From the IMG/VR virus record IMGVR_UViG_3300042261_000981, positions 1 to 53,901 of that record: 53,901 bases of DNA; one strand, written 5' to 3'. Each line of letters starts with the position of its first letter. Within the stretch, counting starts at the first letter, position 1. The notes under the pieces were generated by a model. The model was not told where the DNA came from, searched no databases, and saw nothing but the letters and a program-made list of their open reading frames with translations. This document shows positions 1 to 9,763 of this stretch, piece after piece. This stretch comes from a virus (lineage: Duplodnaviria; Caudoviricetes). A program made the translations under genes and the position numbers.

Positions 1-86
1 AACCGACATATCTTATTAAATAAATTATTGACTTTATCTATTTTATCCAAGTCCTGTCTTTCGAATATTTCAAAAGTAGTTATCAT
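1..86 (-). CDS. 5' part of a hypothetical protein running off the window (MITTFEIFER...)
   Basis: Open frame from ATG at 86, TAATATATA motif just upstream, capsid-targeting-like N-terminus. Confidence 0.6.
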   Translation of the reverse strand, partial: MITTFEIFERQDLDKIDKVNNLFNKICR

Positions 87-97
87 GAATCTATATA

Positions 98-1996
98 TTA
101 AAATTTTATTTTAGATTTCAATTCATGTAATTCACCTAACCAAATATCTGATTCTGAAGTGTTTTCTAATTTCTTGTGTTTCTCTCTTAATTTATCATAT
201 TCGTCTTTTATTTCTAAAAGTCTGTCTTTTGTTAATGAAGAAATAGACATTCCTAAAAGATAATGATAACTCTCATCGACTCTTTCGAATTTATGTTTTT
301 CTAATTCAGCATCAAGAATATCTTTAGATTTTTTATAAACTATAATATCACCATCAATAACTAATTTAAGAAATCTTATCTTATTATGTGCGATTTTAAT
401 TTCTCTACTTAATTCTTCTAATAGATATATCTTTCTCTTCACATAATAATCCATTCTTATATTGTAAAAATCTTCTAATATTTCATATTGATCATTATAT
501 TTTTTAATTTTACAGTTAGAATCAAAAAGATGCATATTCTTTGTAGATATGTATGTCTCAAGATTTAACTTCTTATAAATATTATTACCATCAAAAAGAT
601 TATCCATCATTTCTTTGGATAAAACTAATTTTATATCAATGACTTGATCTGTGCAATTTTTAACGTAGTCTTTAATTATTTTATCTTCAATAAGTTTATC
701 AAGTTTCTTGAAATACTCATCATTCCACATCCCTATAGGTAATTCTGTAATTCTAATTACATTAGCATTTGGTTTATCATACACTCCTCTTGTTATATAT
801 CTTCCATTTTCTATATCGTGTATTATTTCTCCCTTAAATCCTTTATAAAAAGGTAAAACTTCTTTGGTTTTCTTTCCTTGTATTCTATTAGATAAATAAG
901 ATATTAAATCTAATGGATTGAACATAGGAACATTTGAAGAATATCCTGTTCCAACACCAAAAGCCCCATTAACTAATGCCATAGGAATAATGGGAACATA
1001 ATATTTTGGTTCGATTGGTGCACCATCATCATCTAAATAATCAAGAATATCATTATCTTCTTTCCTGAAAATATAACTAGTTATATCACTTAATCTTGTG
1101 AAGATATATCTTGGTGAAGCACTATCACTCCCACCTTTTATACGTGAACCGAATTGTCCTTTTGGGGATAATAGATTTATATTATTAGTTCCAACAAAAT
1201 CTTGAGCCATTCCAACGATAGCTTCTTCTAATGAAGTATTGCCGTGATGATAAGCTGCCATATCTATAATTGCTCCTGAGAGAGATGAGACCTTGATCTC
1301 CGAATGAATATTCTTTTTTATTAAAGTATAAAACGCTTTGCGTTGTCCAGGTTTGAATCCGTCTATCGTGTTAGGTATTTGTCTAACATTATTATACATA
1401 GAGAACTCCATAAGTTCGTTATTTATGAACTTATCGTATGTTTGCTTTGTGCTTAATTTGTCTGTGAAATCTATTGGTTGATATAATTTGAGCCAATCTT
1501 TACGATCATCTGCCCTTTTACCATTGAAGAGCATATCCATCAAATCTTTTGTCTCTTCTTTATCATAGTGAAAACGGATGAGATGTTTATTGATTTTCTT
1601 GAAAAACTCTTTCATCTCATCAGGTTCGATGGTGCCAAGACCTTTTATCCATTTAAGATCATAACCACGCAGATTACTTTTATCTTTTTGATAATCAGAT
1701 AATTTATAATAGTATTTATAAGTTTTTCCTTTTGTCGCTTTTATTATAGGAGTTGCGAAGTCATATACAAAATCCATATGAAGAAGTTCTGGCCAATAAG
1801 TATCAAAGAGGTTCATTAGAAGACCTCTGATATGGTTGCCGTCACAATTATGGACTAATATATTATCTTTTTGATTTTTGGAGATATAGAATGTGTTGTC
1901 GTCTTCAACTTCTATATCATACATTATTGTATCTTGGGTGAGTGTTTGTATGTTATCTATGTCTAAAATATCAAAATCGTTAGGGTTTAACTTCAT
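98..1996 (-). CDS. Type IIA DNA topoisomerase C-terminal precursor: split-intein C fragment (50 aa) + rest of TOPRIM + GyrA/ParC-like breakage-reunion domain
   Basis: MYDIEV...ILVHN|C intein end, then CDGNHIRGLL, DGFKPGQRK, YHHGNTSL and catalytic ASPRYIF. Confidence 0.95.
   Translation of the reverse strand: MKLNPNDFDILDIDNIQTLTQDTIMYDIEVEDDNTFYISKNQKDNILVHNCDGNHIRGLLMNLFDTYWPELLHMDFVYDFATPIIKATKGKTYKYYYKLSDYQKDKSNLRGYDLKWIKGLGTIEPDEMKEFFKKINKHLIRFHYDKEETKDLMDMLFNGKRADDRKDWLKLYQPIDFTDKLSTKQTYDKFINNELMEFSMYNNVRQIPNTIDGFKPGQRKAFYTLIKKNIHSEIKVSSLSGAIIDMAAYHHGNTSLEEAIVGMAQDFVGTNNINLLSPKGQFGSRIKGGSDSASPRYIFTRLSDITSYIFRKEDNDILDYLDDDGAPIEPKYYVPIIPMALVNGAFGVGTGYSSNVPMFNPLDLISYLSNRIQGKKTKEVLPFYKGFKGEIIHDIENGRYITRGVYDKPNANVIRITELPIGMWNDEYFKKLDKLIEDKIIKDYVKNCTDQVIDIKLVLSKEMMDNLFDGNNIYKKLNLETYISTKNMHLFDSNCKIKKYNDQYEILEDFYNIRMDYYVKRKIYLLEELSREIKIAHNKIRFLKLVIDGDIIVYKKSKDILDAELEKHKFERVDESYHYLLGMSISSLTKDRLLEIKDEYDKLREKHKKLENTSESDIWLGELHELKSKIKF
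1847..1996 (-). other. Split intein C-terminal half
   Basis: Block F (YDIEV) and terminal His-Asn followed by Cys as +1 nucleophile. Confidence 0.92.
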
Positions 1997-2089
1997 TATT
2001 GTTCATTTCTTTTTGATATATATTTAATAATGTGGGTTTGGTTTAATTTTAATATTTTATTTTAATATATAAAGAAAAAAGATCAAGGT

Positions 2090-2236
2090 ATGAAAAGTTT
2101 TGATCAATTTGTTAAAGAAAACATCGAACAAAAACCAAAATATAAAACAGTTCTGGACAATGAACAAGAAGAATCAGATGGTTCTGAGTTTGAAAAGGTT
2201 GTTGATGTTGTTGGGGATGAAAAGGAAGAAAAATAA
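2090..2236 (+). CDS. Small acidic protein (48 aa, MKSFDQFVKE...), not in ORF track
   Basis: Read by hand; TAATATATA at 2063; N-terminus resembles the T4 capsid targeting sequence. Confidence 0.7.
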   Translation: MKSFDQFVKENIEQKPKYKTVLDNEQEESDGSEFEKVVDVVGDEKEEK

Positions 2237-2303
2237 TTTCTAAATATTTTTTTATATCATCTTATTTTATTACTTTTGTAAAAGTTAAAAAAATTAAGGT
2301 GAT

Positions 2304-2981
2304 ATGGCACATAAAAATAGATTAAGGGAACTCAGAGAAAATACGGTTATTAACAACAAATCCAAACACGAGGATAAGGACATTTATGCTTGTATTATGC
2401 GTGTTATGGAATATATAAAAGAAAAATATCCAGAATTGATTCTTGTCCATAAAAAACAAATGCTAATAAAAGATATTGTCAATTATGTAAAAAAGACCAC
2501 AGGAAACGATGATTTTCATTACGAATTAGATTCGACATTTATAAAACCAGATGGGGGAATATTATTCATTAAAGTTGGAGATATGTTATTTCCAATATTG
2601 ATGTCCGAAAGAAAAAATCAAGGCACCAACGATTTAAGATTACTTGAAGGAAAAAAGAAACAAGGGAAAGGGAATGCTGTTGAGAGACTTGGTAAGAACG
2701 TAATTGGGCTTAGGACTTTGATGATTCCATATGGCATATTTCCATTTATTTGTTTTGGTGATGGGTGCGATTTTGAAGATGGTTCATCTATTAGAGACAG
2801 AGTTGTCGTAATCAACCAATATGGCAAACTAAACAAAATTTATGTTAAAAAAGAGAACGGTTTAGAAAGGGGATCTTTCTTTTTTCGTTCTGAGCATTGG
2901 TCAATAGATGAAATGTTTGAAATTATGAAAGAAATAGTGGATCAATCAGTAAATTATTACAAAGAAAAGGGGGTTATATAA
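2304..2981 (+). CDS. EcoRI-family type II restriction endonuclease
   Basis: IKPDGG...ERKNQG catalytic PD-(D/E)xK motif; GNAVERLGKN resembles EcoRI GNAIERSHKN; host-type promoter box at 2271. Confidence 0.85.
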   Translation: MAHKNRLRELRENTVINNKSKHEDKDIYACIMRVMEYIKEKYPELILVHKKQMLIKDIVNYVKKTTGNDDFHYELDSTFIKPDGGILFIKVGDMLFPILMSERKNQGTNDLRLLEGKKKQGKGNAVERLGKNVIGLRTLMIPYGIFPFICFGDGCDFEDGSSIRDRVVVINQYGKLNKIYVKKENGLERGSFFFRSEHWSIDEMFEIMKEIVDQSVNYYKEKGVI

Positions 2982-2993
2982 CCCCCTTTTCTT
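2962..2993. terminator. Bidirectional terminator-like perfect palindrome between the convergent nuclease and methyltransferase
   Basis: aagaaaagggggttat/ataacccccttttctt. Confidence 0.8.
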
Positions 2994-4098
2994 ATTTTTC
3001 TAAAACATATAATAATTCTTTAACTTTTATATTTCTATCTGTTAGATTTCTCGATGCTCTATAAGTATTATAATCTTTTTCAAGTAAAGTTAATCTACCA
3101 TTTTTCTCCATTATCTCTTTAACTATATCAGTTGGTATAATTCCTTCATTATTATAAGATAAAAGAATAAATTTCGATTTAGTATTTTCAATCAGATCAT
3201 TTAAAGATTTAATAGCGGATTCTTTTTTATTATAATTTGATTTCTGCCAATCTTTTGGTATTCCAGATACTTCGCTTATTTCTTTTGGATATTCATAATT
3301 TAGAATTGTATTTAACATATGATAATTCGAACCGTATGGATGTTGATTGTATGGTGGGTCGTAATATGTCAGATCTATTTCTTTTTTCATAGATTTAACT
3401 AATTCGTTAATGTCTTTATTTAAAACTTTAACTTGACATTCATTATCAGAAAATATGGGATATTCCAAGTTGATTTCCCCCATTATTCTCACAAGAGCAT
3501 TTTCACCATCGCCTCCAAATTTTCCTATTCCAGTTGATTTACTTTTATAAAAACCTTTGAATACTCCACCCGTATTATTATTTATAGAAGCCTTTATTAG
3601 TAATGGCGATATTAAAAATTTTTCAACACCTTCATCTAATTTATACTCTGTTATTGTCCTTCTTATATTGTCTATGATTTTAGCGTTCTCGTTTGTATAA
3701 AAACATCTTTCGCCAGATTGTGGATTTTTTGTGTCTTTCGGTGAATATAGTTCTTCTATTATACCTACATTTAAATCTGTTCTATTTTTTTTAATATTTA
3801 AATCATCTATATAATGTCTTATTAGTTTTTCATCTACTTCAGATTTATTTGACAAAAAACAAGAGTTTATAACATAAGAATATTCTTCAAAATCATTGGA
3901 TATAAGAATATTAGAATGTTGTTTTAAATATCTACTCACAACACCAGAACCAGCAAACCCGTCTAATGTTGATAATTTATCTTTATTTAATATGTTTTTA
4001 ACAAGTTGAATTCCATCATCAATGAATGACAATAAACTTCTTTTGTTTCCAATATATGTTATTATTTGGTCGGTTAAGAATTTTTGATTTTCTGGCAT
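2992..4098 (-). CDS. N6-adenine DNA methyltransferase (D12/FokI-like alpha class)
   Basis: YIGNK, DGFAGSG (motif I), DPPY (motif IV), LSYNNEG. Confidence 0.92.
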   Translation of the reverse strand: MPENQKFLTDQIITYIGNKRSLLSFIDDGIQLVKNILNKDKLSTLDGFAGSGVVSRYLKQHSNILISNDFEEYSYVINSCFLSNKSEVDEKLIRHYIDDLNIKKNRTDLNVGIIEELYSPKDTKNPQSGERCFYTNENAKIIDNIRRTITEYKLDEGVEKFLISPLLIKASINNNTGGVFKGFYKSKSTGIGKFGGDGENALVRIMGEINLEYPIFSDNECQVKVLNKDINELVKSMKKEIDLTYYDPPYNQHPYGSNYHMLNTILNYEYPKEISEVSGIPKDWQKSNYNKKESAIKSLNDLIENTKSKFILLSYNNEGIIPTDIVKEIMEKNGRLTLLEKDYNTYRASRNLTDRNIKVKELLYVLEK

Positions 4099-4109
4099 TT
4101 TTAAGTTGA

Positions 4110-4268
4110 TTACTTTTTGATTTCATCTAAATATTTTTCTATAAGAAATTGAATAAGTTTGGATTTATTGATATTTTCTTTTTCTATATATTCATTAAAC
4201 CTCAAATCAACATCTTCTTCCATAGTGAAGAAAACCTTAACTTTTCTTTTTTTCTTAAAATCTTCCAT
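4110..4268 (-). CDS. Small ribbon-helix-helix-like protein (52 aa), not in ORF track
   Basis: MEDFKKKRKVKVFFTMEEDVDLRFNEYIEKENINKSKLIQFLIEKYL: beta strand plus two helices; abuts the methyltransferase. Confidence 0.65.
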   Translation of the reverse strand: MEDFKKKRKVKVFFTMEEDVDLRFNEYIEKENINKSKLIQFLIEKYLDEIKK

Positions 4269-4445
4269 ATATGTTAGTTTTATTTTCTTATAGAAAGAAA
4301 TAGAGAAATTGTTTAATAGTATATATTAAAAATATTTTTCCATTTTCTACTTATTCTCAACTTTTTAACTTTTTTTAACATTTTTTCTACCATTTTTCTA
4401 CTTTTGGTTGAAATAATTTTTATATATACGAATAAAAAGAAAATT

Positions 4446-4595
4446 ATGGAAAAACAAACTGAAATATTATTTATCATTAACAATGAACTGTATAACTTTT
4501 TAGATGAAAACTTTGAAGATATACCAAGATATATAGAATATCTAATATATAAAGATATTAAAGAAAATAATATATTGATAAATGATACTATCTAA
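4446..4595 (+). CDS. Small RHH-like hypothetical protein
   Basis: ATG at 4446; overlaps the start of the HNH gene. Confidence 0.45.
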   Translation: MEKQTEILFIINNELYNFLDENFEDIPRYIEYLIYKDIKENNILINDTI

Positions 4596-5403
4596 AACTA
4601 TATCAATAAAACCATCTAACAAGAATAAGAATTATTATACCAATAAAGGTTATGATACTTCTACTAACACCATAAATGTTAAAGTAGAAGATTTACCACC
4701 ATATTCTCATTTCAAGATAAAAGTTAAATGTGATGTTTGCTGTAAAGAAAAGGAACTGCTTTATTTCAAATATATGAAGAATACTAAAAATAATACTATT
4801 CATTATGCCTGTTCCCAAAAATGTTCAGTAAGTAAATTGATGGACACCTTTAATAAGAATTATGGTTGTGTATCAAGTCAGCATCCAGATATTAAATTAA
4901 AACAATCAAAAACCAATAATGAACTCTATGGCGGAAATTCTCCTCAATGTGATAAATCAGTTAAACAAAAGTCATATGATACTATGATTGAAAAATATGG
5001 ATTTCAATATTCTCTACAAAATGAAGTTATTAAAGATAAGTTTCTCGCTAATATAGATAGAACGGTTGAAAAAACAATAAAGACAAAAGTAGAAAGAGGA
5101 CTAATGGTAGATTATAATAATTGGGACACTTATATAGAATATAGGAAATTAGTTCTCTGTGAAACAAGAAAACATAAGAATAAATTATTCAACGAATGGA
5201 ATGGTTTAGATTATTATGATGATGAATATATTAAAGATAATTCAAACGTTAAAGATAAATCATATCCTTCAATAGACCATAAATTATCTATACTATATGG
5301 ATTTAATAATCAAATAGATCCATATAAAATTGGTGGAATAAATAATCTGTGTATAACAAAGAGGACTAACAATAGTAAGAAGAATTCTAAAAACTCAATC
5401 TGA
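4582..5403 (+). CDS. Putative HNH homing endonuclease with Cys-rich N-terminus
   Basis: CDVC...CSQKC zinc motif, three YG-x4-Q repeats, C-terminal SIDHK...NL...N..K. Confidence 0.75.
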   Translation: MILSKTISIKPSNKNKNYYTNKGYDTSTNTINVKVEDLPPYSHFKIKVKCDVCCKEKELLYFKYMKNTKNNTIHYACSQKCSVSKLMDTFNKNYGCVSSQHPDIKLKQSKTNNELYGGNSPQCDKSVKQKSYDTMIEKYGFQYSLQNEVIKDKFLANIDRTVEKTIKTKVERGLMVDYNNWDTYIEYRKLVLCETRKHKNKLFNEWNGLDYYDDEYIKDNSNVKDKSYPSIDHKLSILYGFNNQIDPYKIGGINNLCITKRTNNSKKNSKNSI

Positions 5404-5592
5404 TTTCTTTTCCCTTATAATTTCAGATACAACTTGATTTATTTTCTTATCAACAACATCACTTTTAGGTAAAGTTTTTAATGCTTCTTTTTTATCTTCT
5501 AATTTTTTAATTGCTTGTTTTTGTTTCTCGTCTCTGTCTGCCCCTTCATATTCGAAGTTTTGTTTTGTCGTCTTTGGTTTTTCTTCTTCCAT
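5395..5592 (-). CDS. Small charged hypothetical protein
   Basis: Directly follows the topoisomerase N-half. Confidence 0.6.
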   Translation of the reverse strand: MEEEKPKTTKQNFEYEGADRDEKQKQAIKKLEDKKEALKTLPKSDVVDKKINQVVSEIIREKKSD

Positions 5593-5596
5593 AGTT

Positions 5597-7375
5597 TTAT
5601 TCTTTCTTTTTCAGAACTTTATCAGTTTTTAATATATCATTTGCTTTCAACATCACAACTTCATTTCCTCTCAATATAGGCAGTTTGTGATTTTCGCCAA
5701 AAGAATATATTTCACCATTTATAGTGATATTCACAACATTAGTTTTAACAGATTTAATTATGTTCTTAACTTTTTTCCATCTATTATTATGAGTAAAGAC
5801 ATAATCTTCATAAGTAATATCTTTAATTGGAACATATCCCCTTTTAGTTAGAACTAATGTATTTTCATCTATACAATCAGCGTCTGCCATTAAAACCACT
5901 TTCCCATATCTCAATTTTTTCAAATCAGTATATTTTTTACCGAATTCAAGTCCCAATATGTTTATTATGTTTTTAATTTCTTCATTATCTTTTAATTTTC
6001 CCATATTAACATCTCTGACGTTTAATGGCTTACCTTTTAATGGGAAAACTCCATAGTAATCTGGATCTGGAACAGAAGATAGTCCAGCGATTACTGAAGA
6101 ACTAGCACTATCACCCTCAGCCAAGAAAATCATACACTTCTCTGACTCCGCCGTTCCAGCTTTTGCAGCGTCGTCTAATTTTCCTATTTTTACTTTAGAT
6201 TTGGCTATATCTTTTTTAGCATCGAAATCTTCTTTAATCATAAGAAATCTAAGAAGTTCTTCTATCATTTCTGATGTTGCTATCTTTTTAATAGTAGTAT
6301 CTGAAACTTCTGGAGCAGTTACTTTACTTATTAAATTTTCTTTAGATTGTGTATCGAATACAGGATTAACTACTTTAGAATTAACAAATATAAATAAATG
6401 ATTTTTAATGTCATTTTGTTTTACATTTAATTTCTTATTCCTTTTCAGTAAATTTTCTTGTATTCTTTTTGTTATTTGGTTGGTAACAGAGTTTACGTGT
6501 GTTCCACCATTATATGTAGATATACCATTAACCATTGATATTTGGTTAAATGAATTGTCTAATGATCTAGATACTCCAATTTCCCATTTATCATCTAGTT
6601 TTTCATAGAACATTTCTTGTTCACCAACGAACATTTCCATGTAAGATTTGAAATTCTTTGTTGGGATGAGAACATCATTATAATATACTTTGACTTTATT
6701 ACAATATACAGATACATCAATACATCTTTTTATCATGATTGATTCGATCTCTTCATCGATACCACTTAGCTCAAAACGTGCAAAATCAGGATAAAAAGTA
6801 ATTTTAGTATATTGTTTCTTACTCGCCTTTATTTTAGGTTTATTTATCTTATTTAAATTGTCTTCAAATACTTGTTCATATTTCTTCTTACCATCACACG
6901 TCTCAAGTATGAACTTCTTGGAAAAGATATTGGTTAGTTTGGCTCCTAGACCATTCTTTCCGCCCCATGTTCTTTCGATATTATCGTCAAAATTTTCTCC
7001 TGCTAGGAGATGTCCGAATATTAATTCTGGAATATAACATTTTTCTTTTGTGTGCATTTCAACAGGAATACCACTTCCGTCATTTTCAACTGATATTGAA
7101 TCTTTTGTTACATTAACTTTTATGTATTTGACATCACCACTACGAATATAGTGATCTGATGCGTTGGTGAGAATTTCATCGAATAATTTAAGGAAGCCAG
7201 GATTGAAGTTAGTGGGTTTATTAACTATTTTAATATTATTAAGATCTTTTGGATCTTCTACTACGAATAGATTTCTTGTTTCCGTAATGACTGATCCAAC
7301 GTATGTATCTGGTCTTAGAAGGACGTGTTCTTTGTGTGTAAGTTTTTGATATTTTTCTGAATTGCTTTTAACCAT
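5597..7375 (-). CDS. Type IIA DNA topoisomerase N-terminal precursor: GHKL ATPase + start of TOPRIM + split-intein N fragment
   Basis: EHVLLRPDTYVGS, EILTNASD, NDGSGIP, GGKNGLGAK, EGDSA, PLKGK, MADAD|CIDENTLV. Confidence 0.95.
   Translation of the reverse strand: MVKSNSEKYQKLTHKEHVLLRPDTYVGSVITETRNLFVVEDPKDLNNIKIVNKPTNFNPGFLKLFDEILTNASDHYIRSGDVKYIKVNVTKDSISVENDGSGIPVEMHTKEKCYIPELIFGHLLAGENFDDNIERTWGGKNGLGAKLTNIFSKKFILETCDGKKKYEQVFEDNLNKINKPKIKASKKQYTKITFYPDFARFELSGIDEEIESIMIKRCIDVSVYCNKVKVYYNDVLIPTKNFKSYMEMFVGEQEMFYEKLDDKWEIGVSRSLDNSFNQISMVNGISTYNGGTHVNSVTNQITKRIQENLLKRNKKLNVKQNDIKNHLFIFVNSKVVNPVFDTQSKENLISKVTAPEVSDTTIKKIATSEMIEELLRFLMIKEDFDAKKDIAKSKVKIGKLDDAAKAGTAESEKCMIFLAEGDSASSSVIAGLSSVPDPDYYGVFPLKGKPLNVRDVNMGKLKDNEEIKNIINILGLEFGKKYTDLKKLRYGKVVLMADADCIDENTLVLTKRGYVPIKDITYEDYVFTHNNRWKKVKNIIKSVKTNVVNITINGEIYSFGENHKLPILRGNEVVMLKANDILKTDKVLKKKE
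5600..5875 (-). other. Split intein N-terminal half (92 aa)
   Basis: Block A CIDENTLVLTKRG, block B-like GENHKL, stop after DKVLKKKE. Confidence 0.92.
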
Positions 7376-7456
7376 TGAATAACATTTAGTTTTTCTTATA
7401 TATTAGCAGAATAAGGTTTTGTTTTTTATAAAAATTTTTTAATATATAGTAATGTA

Positions 7457-7729
7457 ATGATGAGAAATATAAAAAACTATAATATATTTAATGAAAGTTC
7501 TGGAAACATGTTTCTTCAACTTCTATTGGATAGTGTATATCTATTCAAAGTGAAAGATTTTAGCACTACATTAATTGGAAGATATGATAACATAAAAGAT
7601 TGTTATTATATACAAAGAGGAGATGGATTAAAGTATGAATATACTTCAGATAGAATTGTTTGGAGTAAAAAATTAAAATGCGAGATAGTTATTAATGAAA
7701 ATGATCCTTACGGAGAAGAAATATGGTGA
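7457..7729 (+). CDS. Hypothetical protein, C-terminal DPYGEEIW
   Basis: ORF, TAATATATA at 7440, capsid-targeting-like N-terminus. Confidence 0.75.
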   Translation: MMRNIKNYNIFNESSGNMFLQLLLDSVYLFKVKDFSTTLIGRYDNIKDCYYIQRGDGLKYEYTSDRIVWSKKLKCEIVINENDPYGEEIW

Positions 7730-7733
7730 GAAT

Positions 7734-8282
7734 ATGATAACAAAATTTTTAAGATTTATTAACGAGGACTTAAATTTCGATTTCGATGAAAACGATTGGA
7801 GCGAGATCGAAAAAATAAAGACGGATACCACTCATAGAAGAGGCGAATTTTTACCATACGAAATAGAATATTTTGAGAAGATTGGTCTAACTTTACAAGC
7901 TAAAAATATGTTATCTGAAAGAACTCCACAATATAGAGTAAGTGTTACTAAAAGAATAAATGCTGTAAATGATAATAGATTTGCAGGATCTACAAATCCC
8001 AAAAAAGAACCATTTCATATAAATTATCATATCAGTTTAACTGATCAACATGGTAATACTATAAAAAATTTTTTGACTGGAGAAATGAGTCCAGAAACTC
8101 CATTTGATACTATAAAACCCATAGTTAAAAGAATATTGAAAGAAATATATATTATATTATGGGAAAAAGGTTGGGATCCAGAAGCTGCCAGAAAGCAAAA
8201 AGAACAAAGAGAAAAATCATTTTTAAAACATAAAGATGAAGATCCATACGGCGAAGAAAAATGGGAGGAGGACGAAAAATGA
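7734..8282 (+). CDS. Hypothetical protein with DPYGEEKW
   Basis: Start moved to MITKFLRFINE at 7734. Confidence 0.75.
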   Translation: MITKFLRFINEDLNFDFDENDWSEIEKIKTDTTHRRGEFLPYEIEYFEKIGLTLQAKNMLSERTPQYRVSVTKRINAVNDNRFAGSTNPKKEPFHINYHISLTDQHGNTIKNFLTGEMSPETPFDTIKPIVKRILKEIYIILWEKGWDPEAARKQKEQREKSFLKHKDEDPYGEEKWEEDEK

Positions 8283-8719
8283 TATATAAATACGATGAAT
8301 TTTTAAATGAAACACACTATGTCGATTTAACACCGTATGAATATGCTGTTAAACCAGGAGCTTATAAGAATGCTGTAAATATAGGTTGGTTAGATAAAGG
8401 ACAAGATTATACAAAAGGAGAAGTTCCTGTAGGATTTTTGAAAAAACTAGCTAACGCTGAAATATTGGCTCATCATAAAGGGGGACATAGATGCCCTTTC
8501 TGTGGTGGCGGATATAGTAGTCAGGTTCATTATGTACAAGGAAACGGAATTAAATATGTATTTCCTCAAATGTTATCTCATTATATAAGTGAACATAATT
8601 ATAAACCGCCTCAGGAATTTATTGATGCTGTAATGTCTTTAAAAGACAAAAAAGAAGAAAGATTCAAACAAGAATTTCATCCCCCTAGTGGAGGATCACG
8701 TGGTTGGCCTTGGGGTTAA
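8279..8719 (+). CDS. Conserved hypothetical protein, probable metal binder
   Basis: GWL...GHRCPFC...HYISEHNYKPPQEF; start MIYKYDEFLNE overlaps the previous stop. Confidence 0.75.
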   Translation: MIYKYDEFLNETHYVDLTPYEYAVKPGAYKNAVNIGWLDKGQDYTKGEVPVGFLKKLANAEILAHHKGGHRCPFCGGGYSSQVHYVQGNGIKYVFPQMLSHYISEHNYKPPQEFIDAVMSLKDKKEERFKQEFHPPSGGSRGWPWG

Positions 8720-8732
8720 AATCCATCCAGCC

Positions 8733-8938
8733 TTATTCGACTTTTTCAAAATTGGAAGCATCAATGTGTAATTCGTGACCATTTATAAAAACTCTTAAAT
8801 GATTTTTAGCAACTCCTCTAACAACACCCTCTTAAGTCTTACTTTATCTCCAGTTTTTATTTTGGCTGAACTCATTGCGTTTTTCATCAATTCATCCATA
8901 TTTAATTCGAACTCCTCAAAAGTTTTTAAATTGTTCAT
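8733..8938 (-). pseudogene. Frameshifted small KOW/SH3-like gene
   Basis: MNNLKTFEEF...GDKVRLK continues in another frame as EGVVRGVAKNHLRVFINGHELHIDASNFEKVE. Confidence 0.55.
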
Positions 8939-9025
8939 GGATTTTTCTTTTCTTTTACTCTATATATTTTTTTATTTTTTTCAATTAGTGATATTTAATA
9001 TATACTAGAAAAGACAAAAAATTAA

Positions 9026-9745
9026 ATGAGAATATCAAGTCAAAATAATCAATTTATATTTCAATTCCCGGTTGACTTTATGACTAAATATCTATATGAG
9101 AAATTTCAAATATTTCTTGACAATATGCGTATGCCCTATGACAACGCTCTGGATTATCTTAATTCTACTATCAAAGAGATTGTATTTCCATCAGTAACAT
9201 ATGAAAATGTACAACAGAGATTATATGGTGGCAAGACAGTAGAAATGAAATCAGCTAAAAATATTTTTGACACATATCAACACGAACTTGATATTACTTT
9301 TAGAAGTGTAGATTCACATACAAATTATTTTATGATGCAAGAAATTCTCACAGAATTTTATCTGAACACTAGGAAACCCTATGTTCCATATTTCTCTTTA
9401 GCTATATTAGATAAAAATGGAGATTTAATTTATACAGTATTATTTAAAAATATTATATTAAAATCACAAGGAGAAAATAGATTTCAATATCAAAAACAAG
9501 ATGTAAGTGAACAAACTTTTTCTATTACATTTGGTTTTAACTATTTAGATATTATTTGGGAATTGAGAAATAATCCTTTAGAAAACTCTTCTACTATATT
9601 CGATTTACCTTTAGGACAAGGTTATTGGATAAGGAGAGATAAACCAGATTGGGAAAGTTTGAATAATATACAATTAACAAAAGAAAGAAAAAATCCTATA
9701 ATTTATCCAGATGAAAGACCAACTTATGGTACTTCACAAATATAA
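9026..9745 (+). CDS. Probable tail-tube-fold structural protein (T4 gp3/gp19-like)
   Basis: Pattern IKEIVFPS...LDITF...NYF...LAILD...F.N...FSITFGFN typical of tube/terminator proteins; late-type motif upstream. Confidence 0.5.
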   Translation: MRISSQNNQFIFQFPVDFMTKYLYEKFQIFLDNMRMPYDNALDYLNSTIKEIVFPSVTYENVQQRLYGGKTVEMKSAKNIFDTYQHELDITFRSVDSHTNYFMMQEILTEFYLNTRKPYVPYFSLAILDKNGDLIYTVLFKNIILKSQGENRFQYQKQDVSEQTFSITFGFNYLDIIWELRNNPLENSSTIFDLPLGQGYWIRRDKPDWESLNNIQLTKERKNPIIYPDERPTYGTSQI

Positions 9746-9763
9746 AAAATAATAACCAGAAAA

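Noticed and set aside
1997-5596. Group I/II intron joining the topoisomerase halves
   Set aside because: The intein ends explain the split; the spacer has genes on both strands and terminators, with no recognisable intron core.
98-7375. Eukaryotic giant-virus origin because of the single-chain topoisomerase II
   Set aside because: tmRNA, S1, PhoH, T4-like terminase, gp25 and bacterial promoter boxes indicate a bacteriophage.
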